A stretch of 32,541 nucleotides of DNA from Candidatus Fermentibacteraceae bacterium (GTDB taxonomy: Bacteria > Fermentibacterota > Fermentibacteria > Fermentibacterales > JCC-6): assembly GCA_041686025.1 (NCBI GenBank), contig JAWLEP010000031.1, forward strand, positions 1-32,541. Reading direction: 5' to 3'. Shown piece by piece: positions 28,481 to 32,541 of the stretch. Each line of letters begins with the position of its first letter. The first letter of the stretch is position 1. The notes under the pieces were generated by a model that was given only the letters and a program-made list of their open reading frames with translations, did not search any database and had not been told where the DNA came from. The position numbers were made by a program, and so were the translations under genes.

Positions 28481-29818
28481 ATGAATATCGTACGGGAGCT
28501 CATTTCGGGATTCTGGGAGAGACCGCTGCCGCAGACCAAGCCCCGCGGCGTGGACTTGGCCCGGGTTCCGGGCATGGCCTCTGTGGTCATCGGTATGCGC
28601 CGTTCGGGCAAGACCTACCTGCTGTTTCGGAAGATGAAAAGCCTGCTGGAGGCGGGGGCCGACCTTCGGCGCATGCTCTACATTAACTTCGAGGATGACC
28701 GTTTGCACCCTCTGAGTGACACCGTATTGGAGGATACGCTGGAGACCTTCTTCCGTATGAGTCCCGGAGGGCGGGATGGCACGGCACACCTGTTCCTCGA
28801 CGAGATACAGGCTGTGCCTGGATGGGCCAGGTTCGGAAGGAGGGTACTGGATACCGAAGAGGTGGATCTGTACGTCACCGGCTCCTCATCAAAACTGTTG
28901 TCCAGGGAAGTGGCCAGCGAGTTTCTCGGGAGAGGCCTGACAACCGAGCTGTTTCCGCTGAGCTTCTCCGAGGCCCTCGTATTCGCCGGAGAACAGCCGC
29001 CGGACGGGATGGTGGGACCCCGGCGCAGGTCAGCGCTCGAAAGCAGCCTGGAGGAATACCTTCGGGTCGGCGGTTTCCCGGCCATCCAGGAACTGGAGGA
29101 GCTGCAGCGCATACAGGTCCTCCAGGACTATGTTGAGATAGTGCTGCTGCGGGATGTGGTAGAGCGTCATGGCGTGAGCAATGCGCATGCGGCAAGGGTC
29201 TTTTCACACGCCTTGCTGCAGTCGGTGGGGTCTAAGTTCTCCGTCAACAGACTGTACGGAGATCTCAAGTCACGGGGCATAAGAATCGGCAGGAACACGC
29301 TCTATGAGCTCCTGGATCACCTAACCGATGCTTTTCTGCTCTTTACGGTGCCTATCTACAGCAGATCGCTTCGGGTCAGGGAGTCCAATCTCCGCAAGAT
29401 TTACGCCGTTGATCCCGGCCTTGTGCTGGCCATGGCCCCGGCCGGCACCTCCGACCTCGGACACAGGCTGGAGTGCGCCGTATACCTGGAGCTTCGCAGG
29501 CGTCTCCATCCCGGCAGGTCTGCCGCTGTCTGCTACTATCAGACAGTCTCAGGGTACGAGGTGGATTTCGTGGTGGGCGATCCGGAGTTCGATTCCGCCC
29601 GGGAGCTGATCGGAGTATGCGCCAGCCTGGAGAATCCTGCCACCAGGAAGCGGGAGTGCCGGGCGCTGAAGGAAGGGATGGATGAGCTGGGCATCTCCCG
29701 CAGTATCCTGATAACCCTTCACGAGAAGAACTCCATAGATGTGGAACCAGGCAGGATTGAGGTCGTACCCGCCTGGGAGTGGCTGCTCGGTCTATCGGCG
29801 GGGCCCGGGAAGCGCTGA
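28481..29818 (+). CDS. AAA_14 / DUF4143 family ATP-binding protein
   Basis: Walker A GMRRSGKT, YINFEDDR, Walker B FLDEIQ, VTGSSS, YL..GGFP, KIYAVDPG, EVDFV. Confidence 0.9.
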   Translation: MNIVRELISGFWERPLPQTKPRGVDLARVPGMASVVIGMRRSGKTYLLFRKMKSLLEAGADLRRMLYINFEDDRLHPLSDTVLEDTLETFFRMSPGGRDGTAHLFLDEIQAVPGWARFGRRVLDTEEVDLYVTGSSSKLLSREVASEFLGRGLTTELFPLSFSEALVFAGEQPPDGMVGPRRRSALESSLEEYLRVGGFPAIQELEELQRIQVLQDYVEIVLLRDVVERHGVSNAHAARVFSHALLQSVGSKFSVNRLYGDLKSRGIRIGRNTLYELLDHLTDAFLLFTVPIYSRSLRVRESNLRKIYAVDPGLVLAMAPAGTSDLGHRLECAVYLELRRRLHPGRSAAVCYYQTVSGYEVDFVVGDPEFDSARELIGVCASLENPATRKRECRALKEGMDELGISRSILITLHEKNSIDVEPGRIEVVPAWEWLLGLSAGPGKR

Positions 29819-29831
29819 GGCCGGTGCCGGG

Positions 29832-31187
29832 TCAGTCCACTACTGTGACGTGCTGGGGGTCCCTGGGGTCCACCAGCAGCTCCAGGCTCGAGCCGGGGGA
29901 GTACATTTCCTTCTCGCCGGGGGGTATCACCATCTTCAGGGTGGTCCGGTAGCCGCCGCCCTCACTCTCCACCGCGATGGTCAGCTGGTACTGGGGGACG
30001 CCGTTGATCTTCCAGCCGGTGGGCTGGATGGACTCCAGCCTGCCCCGGGTCTCGACGCCCTCGCTGTGCAGCCTGCGGATGCGCCTTCCCTTGCGGACGT
30101 GGTTTATGCCTATCACCAGGAACACCACGCCGGCGATGCCCGGCCCCAGGCCGGCCACCAGCGGGGCCCCCTTGATGAGCACCGGCAACAGGATGGCCAG
30201 GAGGACCATGGCCGCCCCCACAAGGGTGAAGATCTGCCCGAAGCAGCCGCCGGGGTTCTGGGTCCTGGATCTGCTCTCCCCCGACTGCCTTACGTAGTCG
30301 GATTCCGCCTTTTCCAGGCTCCGGGGGCAGACGTCCGTCCCGGCGTCGCTGTAGACCCTGGCGATGCTGCGCAGCGCCCGTCTGCCGGAGGCGCCATTGG
30401 CCTGCATGAAGAGCTGCAGCTGGGCGGCGGCCTCGTCGATTCGGCCCAGGTGCTCCAGGGCGTTGGCCCGCTGGACTATGGCCTTGCCGTCCAGAAGCGA
30501 GGTGACGGGCACCTGGTCGATGTCCTCGCCCAGTACCTCCAGAACACCCTTCCAGTCCTCTTCCACGGTGAGTATCTCCGCCATGGAGACCCTGTAGGAG
30601 CTGTCGGACTCCAGGTCGTGGGATCGGGGGTTGCAGGGCTCCAGCCACTTGCGGGCGGCCTCTGTGTTGCCGGCCCGGGCGGCTTTCCTGGCCAGCATCC
30701 CCCGGAGTATCTGACGGTGACGGGGCAGCGTCATGACGTCCAGCGCGCTCTCGTACATGGCCCTCTCCCGCAGGGCGTCGTCCTGCCCGGAGAAGTGGTT
30801 GGAGAGCAGCACCGTCAGGTAGTAGAGCCTCTCGGAGGCGGCGTAGTCGCTGCGGGAGGCGAGCTGGCGGCAGGTGCTCCTCCAGAGGCTCAGGGCCTCG
30901 TCCACCTTCCAGTCGGCCAGGACTCCGTTCTCCATCAGGGGGTTCAGCTCGGAGGGGATCTCGGGCGGAGAGCCGTCCTGCCTGCGCAGCAGCTCCAGCC
31001 TTACGTCTTCGTCCATCTCCCTGGCCGCGTCCCGCGGCTCCACGGGGGCCTCCCTGCGGGCCTCGAAGACGTTGGTGGTGCCGCAGTAGCCGCACTTCAC
31101 CGTACCCCCGGCGAACCCCGTCTCCAGAGGGGCTCCGCAGTTGCCGCACATCAGTACCCTGGCCTCGAAGTCGAACTGGCCCTCCAT
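29832..31187 (-). CDS. zinc-ribbon + TPR-like + 2-TM + C-terminal beta-domain membrane protein
   Basis: GGAG RBS and ATG 31187. CGNC-x14-CGYC, helical repeats (RANALEHLGRIDEA), two TM helices, then a DUF3592-like tail (G..INGVPQY.L...LLVDPRDP..V). Confidence 0.82.
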   Translation of the reverse strand: MEGQFDFEARVLMCGNCGAPLETGFAGGTVKCGYCGTTNVFEARREAPVEPRDAAREMDEDVRLELLRRQDGSPPEIPSELNPLMENGVLADWKVDEALSLWRSTCRQLASRSDYAASERLYYLTVLLSNHFSGQDDALRERAMYESALDVMTLPRHRQILRGMLARKAARAGNTEAARKWLEPCNPRSHDLESDSSYRVSMAEILTVEEDWKGVLEVLGEDIDQVPVTSLLDGKAIVQRANALEHLGRIDEAAAQLQLFMQANGASGRRALRSIARVYSDAGTDVCPRSLEKAESDYVRQSGESRSRTQNPGGCFGQIFTLVGAAMVLLAILLPVLIKGAPLVAGLGPGIAGVVFLVIGINHVRKGRRIRRLHSEGVETRGRLESIQPTGWKINGVPQYQLTIAVESEGGGYRTTLKMVIPPGEKEMYSPGSSLELLVDPRDPQHVTVVD

Positions 31188-31378
31188 GCAGGCTCCATTC
31201 ACAGTTATTGGTCTGCCCGTCGGCATTCGCTGATACGCGCATACGACGGGAAAATCGTCACATGCTGGCCCGGAGGCAAGGTATCGGCCTGTTCCGGCCG
31301 CAGCGGTTCGGATAGAATAGGCGGGAGAGCCCCCGGCATGGCGTCGGAGGGCAGCCGCCAACAGCGTCGGAGGTCGAG

Positions 31379-32541
31379 ATGTTCCGCCTTGCCTGCCTGT
31401 TCACGGCTCTTGCTGCGGTCTCCGCACCGGTGGAGATCACCTCTCCCCAGGACGGGGGCGTCTATCTCGACCCCGAACTGGATGTGCGCGTAGTGGTAGA
31501 GTGGAGCAACGAGATGGCTGACTCCGTTGTCTACAGCCTCAACGGCGGAGCCGGGGAGGAGATACCCCGGCTGGACACGGATTGGTACACCTACCTTCAG
31601 AACGACCTCCATCACGGGTGGTCGGAGTCCCCGGCGCCCCACTCGCCGGAGGTGCTCTGGAGCGCCGCGGTCTCCGGTCCCACCCACGAGTTCGTGGGGC
31701 CGGTGGTGGTGGACGGCGTGGTCTACTTCGCAAGCGACGAGGAGTCCATGGCCAGGGCCCTGGATGCCGCCACCGGGGAGATCCTCTGGGAGTACGACTT
31801 GATAGACCACGTGGACGACGCGGCAACGGTGAAAGACGGGCTGGTCTACATCCCCGCGGACTCCGCCTGGTGCCTGGACGCCGCCACCGGGGAGAGGGTG
31901 TGGGCTTACAAGCCTCCCGGCTACCAGAAGATGAACGGCACTCCGGCGGTTGTGGACGGCATGGCCTGCTTTACCTCCGTATCCCCGGGCTGTCTGGTGT
32001 GCATGCTGGACGCGGCCGACGGTACGATTCTCTGGCTGCGGGAGCTGGATCAGTACACTACAGGTTCGGTGACGATCTGGCAGGATATGGTGCTGGTACC
32101 CACCTACGAGGGCCCCCTCTACGCCCTGGATGTATCCGACGGCTCCACCGTCTGGACCAACACCGACTCCGAGGGGGGCTACTGGGACACCTCGCCCACG
32201 GTTAAGGACGGCGTCATCTACATCGGGGGGGAGGACTACTGCGTTCACGCCATCGACGCTGCCACCGGCGGGCTGATCTGGGAGACTTCCATCGGGGGCA
32301 GGGTGGAGTCCACCCCGGCGGTGCACGACGGGCGGGTGTTCGCCGGCTGCGCCTTCCCCCAGAGCGGCACCTCCATGAACGCCCTGAGCATGGAGGACGG
32401 GGAGATACTCTGGACGGTGCCGGGGGAGCCCCACGGCTCCCCGGCGGTGGCCGACGGGCTGGTTTTCTGGGGCGACTACTGGACCGGCCTGATCCACGCC
32501 GCCGACCAGACCACGGGCGAGAGCGTCTGGACCTACGCCGC
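31379..32541 (+). CDS. secreted PQQ-type (BamB-like) beta-propeller repeat protein; partial, runs off the right edge
   Basis: Not in ORF track because it has no stop in the window. GGAGG RBS and ATG 31379: MFRLACLFTALAAVSAPVEITSPQDG..., then repeated ALDAATGEILW, CLDAATGERVW, MLDAADGTILW, ALDVSDGSTVW, AIDAATGGLIW. Confidence 0.9.
   Translation, partial: MFRLACLFTALAAVSAPVEITSPQDGGVYLDPELDVRVVVEWSNEMADSVVYSLNGGAGEEIPRLDTDWYTYLQNDLHHGWSESPAPHSPEVLWSAAVSGPTHEFVGPVVVDGVVYFASDEESMARALDAATGEILWEYDLIDHVDDAATVKDGLVYIPADSAWCLDAATGERVWAYKPPGYQKMNGTPAVVDGMACFTSVSPGCLVCMLDAADGTILWLRELDQYTTGSVTIWQDMVLVPTYEGPLYALDVSDGSTVWTNTDSEGGYWDTSPTVKDGVIYIGGEDYCVHAIDAATGGLIWETSIGGRVESTPAVHDGRVFAGCAFPQSGTSMNALSMEDGEILWTVPGEPHGSPAVADGLVFWGDYWTGLIHAADQTTGESVWTYA

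Noticed and set aside
31205..32497. 430-aa minus-strand ORF
   Set aside because: Antisense to the plus-strand beta-propeller gene starting at 31379.
31750..32541. Recurring GACGCCGCCACCGG-like nucleotide repeats as a CRISPR or repeat array
   Set aside because: They are degenerate and encode the DAATG motif of beta-propeller blades.

Overview
GC-rich bacterial chromosome segment, almost fully coding, with no rRNA, intact tRNA, CRISPR array, integrase or transposase that I could see. The T9SS/FlgD-like sorting tail, long-form HutU and many peptidases suggest an amino-acid-fermenting FCB-superphylum organism such as Fermentibacterota (inference only). Housekeeping genes: hutU, yebC-ruvC-ruvA-ruvB-queH, HTH-EIIA/pyrB-pyrI, pepT, pepD, OsmC, a class I glutamine amidotransferase and a 2-hydroxyacid dehydrogenase. 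Accessory or unexplained parts: (1) at the left end, a 57-codon truncated TIR gene missed by the ORF track, upstream of a TPR(DUF4071/TPR-S-like)-SLOG-like-class III cyclase with non-canonical specificity residues, followed by a hairpin and an isolated tRNA 3' fragment; this is a candidate nucleotide-signalling or defence locus, probably decaying; (2) an operon of three related CxxC-x14-CxxC zinc-ribbon genes, plus a fourth zinc-ribbon/TPR/membrane gene near the right end; (3) a metal-response cassette (SmtB-type operator, permease-HMA fusion with a possible internal start, ArsR/SmtB repressor, VOC protein); (4) a less GC-biased AAA/DUF4143 ATPase; (5) secreted proteins (M14 carboxypeptidase, PQQ-type beta-propeller, and a partial gene at the left edge). 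All family calls come from motif recognition by eye; no database searches were run.
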